Shown in pieces: positions 44,561 through 53,452 of a stretch of DNA of 64,000 bases. The notes beneath the pieces were generated by a model. The model did not search any database. It saw only the letters and a program-made list of their open reading frames with translations, and was not told where the DNA came from. Source of the stretch: Acidimicrobiales bacterium (GTDB lineage Bacteria; Actinomycetota; Acidimicrobiia; Acidimicrobiales; Aldehydirespiratoraceae). Within the stretch, counting starts at the first letter, position 1. The number at the start of each line of letters is the position of its first letter. Location of the stretch: the NCBI GenBank assembly GCA_963667505.2, contig OY763490.2, forward strand, positions 3,312,343 through 3,376,342, in the 5' to 3' direction. The translations under genes were made by a program, and so were the position numbers.

Positions 44561-46309
44561 CTAGCCGCCCGCCCCGACGTGCACGGTCACGACGTCGAGG
44601 CCGTGGAACTTCTGGTGATGCACCGCCGACGCGTAGTGCCGCAGCAGCCTGAGCGAGATCTCTCCCTCCTCCAAGCCGTCGGTGCCCTGGGACTCCTCGC
44701 TCAGGTAGGCCAGCCGGTCCTCGAGGTTCTGCTCGTCGAACACGGCCAGGAACTCCATCTCCACCGCGTCTTCGCCGAGGCGCGCCTTCACTATCAGCCG
44801 GGGCGCGTCGTCGCTCGGGGCGTCGTCCTGCTCCAGCAGGCTCATCAGGGCCTCCTCGCCCGCGGAGCGGAGCCGTTGCGCGGCCGCTTCCTTCCAGCCG
44901 ACTCTGGACGCGAAGCGGGCGAGGAACTCGTCGATCTCTGTGAGCGCCGACATGTGGAGCCTGGACTCGAGCCGCCCGCTTCCCTTCCGGTCGGCGATGT
45001 TCAGCAGGCGTGTGATGAGGATCACGACCAGCGCGCCGACCAGCATGCCGTTGTCGATGAGCAGCCCCCATGGGTCGCCCAGCGTGTCGGTGCCGATGGT
45101 CTGGTTGTCGAGGCCCACGCCCAACGCGAACGCCACCCCTACCGCCAGCGTCTTTCCGGCGGAGAGGCCGTCGCGGATCACAGTCTGGATGCCGCTCACG
45201 AACACCAGGCCGATGGCGGTCAGCACGTAGGCCGCCAGGACCGGGCTGGGGATGGACAACAGCACTGCGGCCACCTTGGGCAGCAGCGCCACCGTCGCTA
45301 GCAGCGCGCCGATCCAGAAGCCGACGGCGCGTGCCGCCACTCCGGTGAATTGCACCAGCGACGAGCTGAACGACGAGTAGACGGTCGTTGGCGGGGTGCC
45401 CGCGAGGCCCGAGAGCACAATGCCGAGCCCGTTGGTGGCGAGTGATCCCTGCACCAGCCGGAAGTCGGTCGCCCGGCGCCGGCGCCGGGAGACTTGCTGA
45501 ATGGCGACGCAGTCCCCGATGTTCTTCATGCCGACCACGAGGGCCACCACCACGAATCCCGGCAGCAGCGCCAGGAACTCGGGGCCGGGAGTCAAGTCGA
45601 GTCCAGGGAGGCCGCCGTCGGGCAGGCCCGCCCATGCCGAGTCCAGGATCGGCCCGAGCTCGTATGCCCCGAAGGCGGCGGCCACGACGCAGCCGGTCGC
45701 CAGGGCCAACAGCGGCGACCAGACCCGCCACAAGCCGGTGAGCCGCGTCGTCAGCAGGAGCATGGCGATGAGCGTCACCAGCGCCACCACCGGGCCAGCG
45801 GCGGCGGGCGTGTCCTCGGGGATGTCCTGCAGCAGGTCGATCGCTATGGGCAGGATGGATGCCGCGATCAGCATGAGCACCGTGCCCGAGACTGTGGGCG
45901 TGACGATCCGGCGTAGCAGCGGAAGGCGCGAGGCCAGAGCGAGGTAGCACAGCGATGTCGCCACGGTGAGGCTGGCCAGCAGGCCCGGGCCGCCGACGGT
46001 GAGGGCCAGCACCGAGACAGCCACATAGTTGGGGGTGGGTCCCATGATCAGGATGTGGCCCGCGCCGAACCGCCACCACCGGGTGGCCTGCAGCGCGGTG
46101 AGGACTGCGGACACAATCAAGGAGGCGAAGATGGCCCAGGCCAGGTAGCCGTCGTCCTGATCGCTGGCCCGGACGGTGATGGCCACGACCACCACGATCG
46201 ACACCAGAACCATGGTCAGCCCCTGAGCGCCGACGCCGAGAGCCAGCCGCGGCGGGCAGGGCTCGTCCGGCTCGTAGCGAATGGCGTCGTCGGCGTTCTG
46301 GGCGGTCAT
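44561..46309 (-). CDS. NCS2-like transporter with C-terminal soluble domain, paralogue T2
   Basis: Shares IRYEPDEPCP, LQATRWWRFGAGHILIMG, FLAVFDEQNLEDRLAYLSEE and LLRHYAS.VHHQKFHGLD with T1 and T3. Tail at 44564-44992. Confidence 0.65.
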   Translation of the reverse strand: MTAQNADDAIRYEPDEPCPPRLALGVGAQGLTMVLVSIVVVVAITVRASDQDDGYLAWAIFASLIVSAVLTALQATRWWRFGAGHILIMGPTPNYVAVSVLALTVGGPGLLASLTVATSLCYLALASRLPLLRRIVTPTVSGTVLMLIAASILPIAIDLLQDIPEDTPAAAGPVVALVTLIAMLLLTTRLTGLWRVWSPLLALATGCVVAAAFGAYELGPILDSAWAGLPDGGLPGLDLTPGPEFLALLPGFVVVALVVGMKNIGDCVAIQQVSRRRRRATDFRLVQGSLATNGLGIVLSGLAGTPPTTVYSSFSSSLVQFTGVAARAVGFWIGALLATVALLPKVAAVLLSIPSPVLAAYVLTAIGLVFVSGIQTVIRDGLSAGKTLAVGVAFALGVGLDNQTIGTDTLGDPWGLLIDNGMLVGALVVILITRLLNIADRKGSGRLESRLHMSALTEIDEFLARFASRVGWKEAAAQRLRSAGEEALMSLLEQDDAPSDDAPRLIVKARLGEDAVEMEFLAVFDEQNLEDRLAYLSEESQGTDGLEEGEISLRLLRHYASAVHHQKFHGLDVVTVHVGAGG

Positions 46310-46313
46310 CGGG

Positions 46314-48122
46314 CTAGCCCGCGGCGTTGACCTGCACGGTCACCACGTCCAGTCCGTGGAACTTCTGGTGATGCACCGATGAGGCGTAATGCCTCAGCAG
46401 CCTGAGCGAGATCTCGCCGTTCTCCGTGTCGGAGACGCTCTGTGACTCCTCGCTCAGATGGGCGAGGCGGTCTTCTATGTTCTGCTCGTCGAACACCGCC
46501 AGGTACTCCATCTCCACGGTCGCCCCGCTGTTGCGGGCGACCACGATCAGACTGGGAGAATCGTCGGCCGAGTCGGCGACCGGGTGTTCGTCGTGTTGCC
46601 GGGCTGGGCCTGGCGGCGCCTCCTCGTTCGGGCGGTCGCCCTGGTCCAGCAGGCTCATCAGCGTCTCCTCGCCGGCGGCACGAAGCCGCTGCGCGGCGGC
46701 GTTGTTCCACCCGATGTCGGCCGCGAAGCCGCGGAGGAACTCGTCGATCTCGTTCACGGACGAGGGATGCAGGTCGACCTCGAGGCGCGCCCGCCGGCCT
46801 CGGCTGGACAGCTCCGCGAGCCGGGTCAGCACCACCGCGGCCACCGTGCCGGCCAGCAGGCCGTTGTCGAGCAGCGGCGCCCATGTCTCGCCCAGCACTT
46901 CGGCGCCGACGGTCTGGTTGTCCAAGCCCACGCCCAAGGAGAACGCGAGCCCTACCGTGATGGCCTTGCCCCGGTCGAGGCCGTCGGCCACCATTGCCTG
47001 GACGCCGCGCCCGAACAGCACTCCGATGGCAGTGACCAGATAGGCGCCCATCACCGGGCTGGGGATGGCCAGCAGCACCGCGGTCACCTTGGGCATCAGC
47101 GCCAGCATCACCATGATCAGCCCGATGGCGTAGCCGACGCGGCGGGCGGCCACGCCGGTGAGGCTGATCAGCGAAGGGCTCGACGACTCGTAGACGCTGG
47201 TGGGCGGCGTGCCGGCGATGCCCGACATCAGTATTCCGAGTCCGTTGGTGTTGAGCGATGCCTGCACCAGCCGGAAGTCGGTCACCCGGGGCTTGCGCCA
47301 CGACAGCTGCTGGATGGTCACGCAGTCGCCGATGCTCTTGACGCAGCCCACTAGGGAGACCACCACGAACCCCGGCAGCAGGGCCCAGAACTCGACGCCC
47401 GGGGTCAGATCCAGTCCCGGGAATTCGGCTGCGGGGAGCCCGACCCATGCGGCGTGACGAATGTGCTCGACGTCGTAGGCACCGAACGGCACCGCCGCCA
47501 GGCACCCGGAAGCGATGGCCATGAACGGCGACCAGATACGCCAGGAACCTGAGACCCGCACGGACAGCACCACCACCGCGGCCAGGGTCACCAGAGCCAC
47601 CACCGGGCCGGCCGCGGCGGGCGCGTTCTCGGGCACCTCGTCCACCCGGTCGAGCGCGACCGGCAGGATCGTGGCCGCGATCAGCATGCACACCGTGCCC
47701 GACACCACTGGCGTGATGACCCGGCGCAGCAGCGGGAGCCAGAGGGACAGCACGGTGTAGAAGATCCCGGCAGCGATGGTGAGGCTGGCCAGCAGGGTCG
47801 GACCGCCCGCGGTCAGCGCCAGCACCGCGAGCGCCACGTAGCTGGGCGTCGGCCCCATGATCAGGATGTGGCCGGCGCCGAGTCGCCCGAAGCGCCCCGC
47901 CTGCATCGCAGTCAGCAGTCCGCCGATGATCAGCGAGGCGGCCACCGCCCACGTGAGGTAGCTCTCGCCCTGGTTGCCCGCCCGGGCGGTGATGGCCACG
48001 ACCAGCACCATCGTCGTCAGCGCGAGCATCACTCCCTGGGCCCCGACGACCAGCGCTATCAGGGGCGGGCAGGGCTCGTCCGGCTCGTAGCGGATGGCGT
48101 CCTCAGACTGCGGAGCGCTCAT
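46314..48122 (-). CDS. NCS2-like transporter with C-terminal soluble domain, paralogue T3 (20-aa insertion in the tail)
   Basis: Same conserved blocks as T1 and T2. Tail at 46317-46805. Confidence 0.65.
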   Translation of the reverse strand: MSAPQSEDAIRYEPDEPCPPLIALVVGAQGVMLALTTMVLVVAITARAGNQGESYLTWAVAASLIIGGLLTAMQAGRFGRLGAGHILIMGPTPSYVALAVLALTAGGPTLLASLTIAAGIFYTVLSLWLPLLRRVITPVVSGTVCMLIAATILPVALDRVDEVPENAPAAAGPVVALVTLAAVVVLSVRVSGSWRIWSPFMAIASGCLAAVPFGAYDVEHIRHAAWVGLPAAEFPGLDLTPGVEFWALLPGFVVVSLVGCVKSIGDCVTIQQLSWRKPRVTDFRLVQASLNTNGLGILMSGIAGTPPTSVYESSSPSLISLTGVAARRVGYAIGLIMVMLALMPKVTAVLLAIPSPVMGAYLVTAIGVLFGRGVQAMVADGLDRGKAITVGLAFSLGVGLDNQTVGAEVLGETWAPLLDNGLLAGTVAAVVLTRLAELSSRGRRARLEVDLHPSSVNEIDEFLRGFAADIGWNNAAAQRLRAAGEETLMSLLDQGDRPNEEAPPGPARQHDEHPVADSADDSPSLIVVARNSGATVEMEYLAVFDEQNIEDRLAHLSEESQSVSDTENGEISLRLLRHYASSVHHQKFHGLDVVTVQVNAAG

Positions 48123-48344
48123 CGCTCTGTAAGTAGTTGAACATTTCTCGCATAGATATGTAGATGTGTAGCACGCGCGCCGACGGTTGCTCAGGAAGCT
48201 CTCGGGACCTCAGCCCAGAGGCGCCGGACGGCCATCGTCGCGATCCCGGCAGCCGGCCCGGACGACTCAGGCAGCCCGCCGCGCGGACCTCCTCGGCTGG
48301 GACGGGCTTGGACTCGGGTTCGGGGGCTCCGGTAGGGTCGGGGC
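48123..48344. promoter_or_regulatory. divergent intergenic region with an AT-rich island and a tandem 8-mer TAGATRTG
   Basis: The AT-rich stretch 48127-48172 contrasts with the flanks. tagatatg is at 48153-48160 and tagatgtg at 48161-48168. It lies between the minus-strand permease/PKS array and a plus-strand Rieske gene. Confidence 0.35.
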
Positions 48345-49526
48345 GTGATCGCGGACTTGGAGCACGAGCCGATCGTGGAGCGGCTGCGGCGCACGGCGGG
48401 CGAGACGGCCGGGCTGGTGGACGCCCCGCTGGCGAGCCCGATGCTGCAGCCCTACGAGGTGTACGACCAGGAGCTGTTCGACCTGGAGATGGTGCGGGTG
48501 TTCGCCCGGTCGTGGGTATGGCTGGGCGACACCGAGGACCTGGCCGAGCCCGGCGACTACATCACCGGCACCATCGGCTACCAGCCGGTGATGGTGATCC
48601 GCCAGGAGGACGGCTCGGTGCGGGGCTTCCTCAACAACTGCCGCCACCGGGCGTCGGGGCTGTTGTTCGAGCCGGCCGGCAACTGCGGCAAGACCATGAC
48701 CTGCCCGTACCACAACTGGGCCTACGCCATCGACGGCCGCCTTGTCGGCATCCCCGACCGGGCCCGCATGTACCCCGACGGGATGCCCGCCGAGGACTAC
48801 GGGCTGGCCCCGATCCGCATCGAGGTGGCCTGGGACAAGCTTGTGTTCGGCTGCCTGTCGCGGCGGGCGCCGTCGTTCCGCGAGTGGATCGCCCCGCTGG
48901 CCGAGCGCTACGACCTCTACAAGTTCGGCAGTTTCACCCGCTACTACCGCGAGCTCGACGAGACCTACCCGATCAACTGGAAGGCCTTCGCCGAGAACTC
49001 CAACGACGACTACCACGTCCGCTTCGTGCACCGGCGCCTCAACAAGCTGCGCAAGCAGATGGACACCATCGTCCGTTTCGAGGGCCGCACCTGCAGCGGG
49101 TTCAAGCCCCACGCCGACGATGACGACGCCGCCGGCGGGCGCACCGACCTGACCTCCGAGCAGCTCCTAGGGCACTACGCCGACTTCATCTACCCCAACC
49201 TCACCCCGCTGCCGTACCCGACGCAGCTCATCCTGGTGCGGGCCGACCCCGTGGCGCCCGACCGCACCCGGCTGTTCAGCCGCATCTACGGGATCGACAA
49301 GTCCATCGAGGAGCAGGACTTCGAACTCGACCGTCTTGCCGTCACCAACCTCGAGGACACCAACATGGTGACCGAGCTGATGAAGAACCTGCGGTCGCCG
49401 TTCTACCGGGTGGGGCCCGCCTCCAGCTGGGAGGGCCGTGCCGCCCATGTCATGAAGCTGGTGCGGACCGACGTGGCCACGCCGCTGGCCGACGACGAGT
49501 TCACAGCCCCGCGGTCGACGGCATGA
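48345..49526 (+). CDS. Rieske (2Fe-2S) non-heme iron oxygenase alpha subunit
   Basis: CRHRASGLLFEPAGNCGKTMTCPYHNW. GTG start at 48345. Confidence 0.85.
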   Translation: MIADLEHEPIVERLRRTAGETAGLVDAPLASPMLQPYEVYDQELFDLEMVRVFARSWVWLGDTEDLAEPGDYITGTIGYQPVMVIRQEDGSVRGFLNNCRHRASGLLFEPAGNCGKTMTCPYHNWAYAIDGRLVGIPDRARMYPDGMPAEDYGLAPIRIEVAWDKLVFGCLSRRAPSFREWIAPLAERYDLYKFGSFTRYYRELDETYPINWKAFAENSNDDYHVRFVHRRLNKLRKQMDTIVRFEGRTCSGFKPHADDDDAAGGRTDLTSEQLLGHYADFIYPNLTPLPYPTQLILVRADPVAPDRTRLFSRIYGIDKSIEEQDFELDRLAVTNLEDTNMVTELMKNLRSPFYRVGPASSWEGRAAHVMKLVRTDVATPLADDEFTAPRSTA

Positions 49527-49583
49527 GCGGCGCCGCGTGACCGACACGACATGAGCTGGCGCCGCGTGACCGGCACGACATGA
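49523..49583 (+). repeat. 29-bp tandem duplication of the stop/start junction (ATGAGC.GGCGCCGCGTGACCGRCACGAC)
   Basis: Units at 49523-49551 and 49551-49579, then the aldolase ATGAGT at 49580. Creates two mini-ORFs (MSGAA*, MSWRRVTGTT*). Confidence 0.85.
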
Positions 49584-50365
49584 GTGCTCCGTTCTCGGCC
49601 GTGTCGGCCGGCAAGCGTCGTCGCTTCCGTCACATCTTCGGCGACGACGGCAGGGCCGTGTTCGTGGCTATGGACCACCCCGCCTACATGGGCATGGGCG
49701 TGGTGCCCGAGGCGGCGGCCGCGATCGCCGAAGGCGGCCCCGACGCGATCCTGGCCACTTGGCAGCTGGCTCGGGCCCGCCCGGAAGCATTCGCAGGCTC
49801 GGGACTGGTGCTGCGGGTGGACGGCGGCATCTCCGACCTAGGCGAACCTCCTGGCTCCGACACCACGTCGCTGCTGTACTCGGCCGAACAGGCCATGGTG
49901 CTGGGCGCGGACGCGGTGGTGCTCATGGTGTTCCCCGGCACGCCCGACGAAGACCGCTCACTCGCCCGCCTCGCCCGCCTCGCCGCCGAGTGCGAACTGC
50001 TCGGGCTGCCGGTGATGGCCGAGTCGATACCGGGCGGCTGGCCCCGCACCGTGCCCTGGACTGCGGAGAACGTCGGCCGCGGCGCCCGCCTCGCCGTCGA
50101 GCTCGGCGCCGACATCGTCAAGACCATGTGTCCCGGCGCCCCCGAGGAGTTCGCCGCGGTGGCCGACGCCTGTCCCGCTCCGGTGGTGGCGCTGGGCGGT
50201 CCCAAGGTGGACGACGAGGACCAGGTGGTCGCGCTGGCCCGGGGGGTGGTGGAGGCCGGTGGCGCAGGCGTGGCCTTCGGCCGCAACGTCTGGGGGTCCG
50301 ACGACCCGGCCGCACTGGTGGGCCGCCTGCTGGAGGCCGTCCACGTCGCCGACGGCGCTAGCTGA
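49580..50365 (+). CDS. class I aldolase family protein (DhnA/FbaB/LsrF type)
   Basis: FGDDGRAVFVAMDHPAYMG and GADIVKT (candidate Schiff-base Lys) pattern. Confidence 0.7.
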   Translation: MSAPFSAVSAGKRRRFRHIFGDDGRAVFVAMDHPAYMGMGVVPEAAAAIAEGGPDAILATWQLARARPEAFAGSGLVLRVDGGISDLGEPPGSDTTSLLYSAEQAMVLGADAVVLMVFPGTPDEDRSLARLARLAAECELLGLPVMAESIPGGWPRTVPWTAENVGRGARLAVELGADIVKTMCPGAPEEFAAVADACPAPVVALGGPKVDDEDQVVALARGVVEAGGAGVAFGRNVWGSDDPAALVGRLLEAVHVADGAS

Positions 50366-50458
50366 CGGGAGGCTGGGTGCCGCCGATGGTTGCGCAGCCG
50401 GTGTCGGAGTCCGCCGCGGCGGCGACGGCCGCGGCGTGAGGCTCGCAGAGTCCCGCTG

Positions 50459-51025
50459 ATGGCCCAGCAGACGGCGTCGGCAGTGGACGATGATCTCTAT
50501 AGGCGCCTCGCGGGCTTGGCTTCGGCCGAGGCGGCCGACCGGGGGCCTGGGCACCCCGAACTGCGTCCTGCGGTCGAGCAGGCCCTCTACCACGAGGCCA
50601 GGCTGCTCGACGAGCGCCGCTACCGCGACTGGCTGGAACGGTTCACCGACGACTGCGTCTACTGGGTGCCCCTCGACCCCGACGCAGACCCCCGCACCCA
50701 GGTGTCGTACCTGCTCGACGACCGGCGCCGGATGCAGGACCGGATCGGGCTGCTGGAAACAGGATGGGCCCACGCCCAGGAGCCGCCGTCGCGCACCTGC
50801 CGCATCGTGTCCAACGTGGAGGCGTGGCCGCTCGACCCCGGCGGCGAGACCCTGGCCCGTTGCTCGACGGTCGTGTGGGAGCACCGCAAGGACCGGCTGA
50901 CCCCGTTCGCCAGCCGCAACGACTACGTGCTGGCCTCGCTGGGCGACGAATGGGCCGTCAGATACAAGATCGTGCGGCTGGTGGACTGCTCCGGCGACGT
51001 GCGCAAGTTCTCGTTCGTGCTATAG
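50459..51025 (+). CDS. aromatic-ring-hydroxylating oxygenase beta subunit (NTF2-like)
   Basis: ALYHEARLLDERRYRDWLERFTDDCVYWVP pattern. ATG 50459. Confidence 0.8.
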   Translation: MAQQTASAVDDDLYRRLAGLASAEAADRGPGHPELRPAVEQALYHEARLLDERRYRDWLERFTDDCVYWVPLDPDADPRTQVSYLLDDRRRMQDRIGLLETGWAHAQEPPSRTCRIVSNVEAWPLDPGGETLARCSTVVWEHRKDRLTPFASRNDYVLASLGDEWAVRYKIVRLVDCSGDVRKFSFVL

Positions 51026-51057
51026 ATGCGGCCAGAACACCGAAGCGAGGTGCCGAC

Positions 51058-52371
51058 ATGACCGCTCTCGACACCCTGGTCCAGCCTCACCGGGTCCATC
51101 GCTCGATCTACACCGACGCCGAGGTCTTCGGCGCCGAGATGTCCAAGGTCTTCGGTGGAGCCTGGGTCTACCTGGCTCACGAGAGCCAGGTGCCCGAGCC
51201 CAACGACTTCATGGTGTCGCGCCTGGGGCTGCGCCCGCTCATCGTCACCCGCGACGATGACGGCGGCCTGCACGCCCTGTTCAACCGGTGCGCCCACCGG
51301 GCCTCCACCGTGTGTCAGTCCGATTGCGGGTCGGCTCGGCGCTTCCAGTGCTCCTACCACGGCTGGACCTACTCCAACCGCGGCGACCTGGTCAACGTGC
51401 CGTTCGGCGACGGCTACCCGGCCGACTTCCACAAGGAGGACCACGGCCTGGCCCAGGTGCCCCGCCTCGGCACGTATCGGGGTCTGATCTTCGGCACCCT
51501 CAACCTCGACGCTCCGAGCCTGGCGGCGTGGCTCGGCCCGGCCGGTCCTCTGATCGACGGATTCGTCGACCGGTCGCCGTCGGGACGCATCGAGGTGCGC
51601 AACTGCCAGCGCATGATCTACCAAGGCAACTGGAAGCTGGCCTGGGACAACGCCGGTGACGGCCTGCACCCCACCTTCGCCCACCGCAGCTTCCTGATCC
51701 TCAACGAGCGCCAGCACGGCGGCGCCCGTTCGCTGTCTCAGTTCAAGGCCAGCCCCGACGACACCGACATGTACGGCGCCGACCTCGGCAACGGGCACAT
51801 GTTCGTCGACCAGCGGCCCGGCCTCAGCAAGTCCTTCTGGGAGACGCAGCGGCCGGTGCCGGGCCGGGAGTGGTACGCCGAGCGCATCGCCGAGCGCCAT
51901 GGCGACGACGCGCCCGAGGTGCTGGAGACGGCGCCGGGCTCGATGATCAACCTGTCGATCTTCCCCAACCTGCTAATCAAGGGCAACCATCTCGAGACGG
52001 TCGATCCCGTCGGCGTGGGCGAGACCCGGCTGCACACCTGGGTGGTCGCGGCGGAGGGCGCGCCCGAAGAGGTGAACGTGCTGCGAATGCGGATCGCGGA
52101 GGACTTTCCCAGCCTCGGGAATCCCGACGACCTGGAGATCTTCGAGCGCTGCCAAGAAGGCCTGGCCATCGCCGAGGTCGAGTGGGTGGACATGAGCAAG
52201 GGGCTCGGCCACGAGGCCGAGGAGGTCGCCGCCGACGGCTTGAGGAGGGCGCCGGTCACCCATGAGGGGCCGATGCGCGGCTACCTGCGGGCCTGGCTGG
52301 CGCTGATGTCGGCCGACGTGAAGCTCACGACCGCGGGCCCGGGCGAGGTCACCTGCGAAGTGGCCGCATGA
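51058..52371 (+). CDS. Rieske ring-hydroxylating oxygenase alpha subunit
   Basis: CAHRASTVCQSDCGSARRFQCSYHGW. ATG 51058. The track's upstream extension to 50764 was discarded. Confidence 0.85.
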   Translation: MTALDTLVQPHRVHRSIYTDAEVFGAEMSKVFGGAWVYLAHESQVPEPNDFMVSRLGLRPLIVTRDDDGGLHALFNRCAHRASTVCQSDCGSARRFQCSYHGWTYSNRGDLVNVPFGDGYPADFHKEDHGLAQVPRLGTYRGLIFGTLNLDAPSLAAWLGPAGPLIDGFVDRSPSGRIEVRNCQRMIYQGNWKLAWDNAGDGLHPTFAHRSFLILNERQHGGARSLSQFKASPDDTDMYGADLGNGHMFVDQRPGLSKSFWETQRPVPGREWYAERIAERHGDDAPEVLETAPGSMINLSIFPNLLIKGNHLETVDPVGVGETRLHTWVVAAEGAPEEVNVLRMRIAEDFPSLGNPDDLEIFERCQEGLAIAEVEWVDMSKGLGHEAEEVAADGLRRAPVTHEGPMRGYLRAWLALMSADVKLTTAGPGEVTCEVAA

Positions 52372-53078
52372 CGCCGCCCGGTGCGGGCGGAGGGCCCCGC
52401 GGGCGCCTTGTGCGGGAGATGGTCGTGCCGCGCTGTGGGGGACGGGCGGTGGAGGTGCGGGCCGGGCAGGTGCTCAGGATTGTGGCGCTGGACGGCCCCC
52501 AGGTGGCCGACACCGCCTTCCTGGCCCTCGACAACCCGCGCGAGGGCTACCACGCTGGCCAGACGGTGGCCCTCAACATGCTGGCCGGCACCGGGACCAT
52601 GCGGCGCGTCACCACCCTGTGGTCTCGCCCGCCCTACGAGCGGCTGATGCTGACCGTCGTCGATGATCCGGTCGGGGTGCACTTCGCCTGGAACGGCGGC
52701 CGATGCTCGCAGGGCGTGTACGCGGTGCGCGACGGCATCGAGTCCGGCCACCGCACCTGCCAGGGCAACCTTGAGGAGGCGGTCCGGCCCTGGGGAGTGG
52801 ACCCCGACCTGATCCCTGACGTGTTCAATGTGTTCATGCGCACCGATGTGGAGGACGAGGCGAGGCTGGTGTTCCGGCAGTCGCCCGCGGCCGCAGGCGA
52901 TTACATCGATCTGCGGGCGGAGATCGACGTGCTGGCCGCGGTGTCGGCCTGCCCCAGCGAGACATCGGCCTCCAACGGGGGCGAGCCCAAGCGCATCGGC
53001 CTCGAAGTGTGGGCCGAGGACTGGGATGGCCCGGTGGCTGGCGTATCGTCCGGCCCGGCGTCCGGAGAAGGGAAGTGA
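52368..53078 (+). CDS. DUF1989 (urea-carboxylase-associated family) protein
   Basis: VPRCGGRAVEVRAGQVLRIVALDGPQVADTAFL pattern. ATGA overlap with the oxygenase stop. Confidence 0.6.
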   Translation: MTPPGAGGGPRGRLVREMVVPRCGGRAVEVRAGQVLRIVALDGPQVADTAFLALDNPREGYHAGQTVALNMLAGTGTMRRVTTLWSRPPYERLMLTVVDDPVGVHFAWNGGRCSQGVYAVRDGIESGHRTCQGNLEEAVRPWGVDPDLIPDVFNVFMRTDVEDEARLVFRQSPAAAGDYIDLRAEIDVLAAVSACPSETSASNGGEPKRIGLEVWAEDWDGPVAGVSSGPASGEGK

Positions 53079-53083
53079 CAGCC

Positions 53084-53389
53084 ATGGTGAGAATGGTCCG
53101 CAAGGCTCAGGTCGACTCCAGCGACGTGGCCCGGGTGCGCGAGTGGATCCAGCGGTACACCGGCTATATGGCCGCGGCCGACCCCGACCGGGTGACGGTC
53201 ACGTCCTGGATGGAGGCCTACGGCGCCTACGGCAAGGTGTATTGGATGATCGACGCTCCCGACCTGGGCACTCTCGACGAGTTCTTGGAGGGGCTGCCCG
53301 CCGAGGAGGGATACCGGGACATCCTCAAGGCGGGCAGCGAGTTGTTCGTCTCGGGCCAGACCAGCGACATGCTGCTCAAAGAGGTCTGA
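53084..53389 (+). CDS. hypothetical small protein
   Basis: 101-aa ORF with non-shadow composition, tightly packed between its neighbours. No family recognised. Confidence 0.4.
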   Translation: MVRMVRKAQVDSSDVARVREWIQRYTGYMAAADPDRVTVTSWMEAYGAYGKVYWMIDAPDLGTLDEFLEGLPAEEGYRDILKAGSELFVSGQTSDMLLKEV

Positions 53390-53452
53390 GTCCTAGGCTT
53401 GCCTCCCTGTCGGGGCGGGTCCGCGATCCTGCCCCGTCCAGGCGGAGCAGCC

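Noticed and set aside
41828-47952. Alternative-frame minus ORFs inside the permease genes (41828..43540, 44484..46079, 46306..47952) and the plus-strand antisense ORFs.
   Set aside because: They are Arg/Gly/Pro-rich. The chosen frames give hydrophobic multi-TM proteins conserved across three paralogues.
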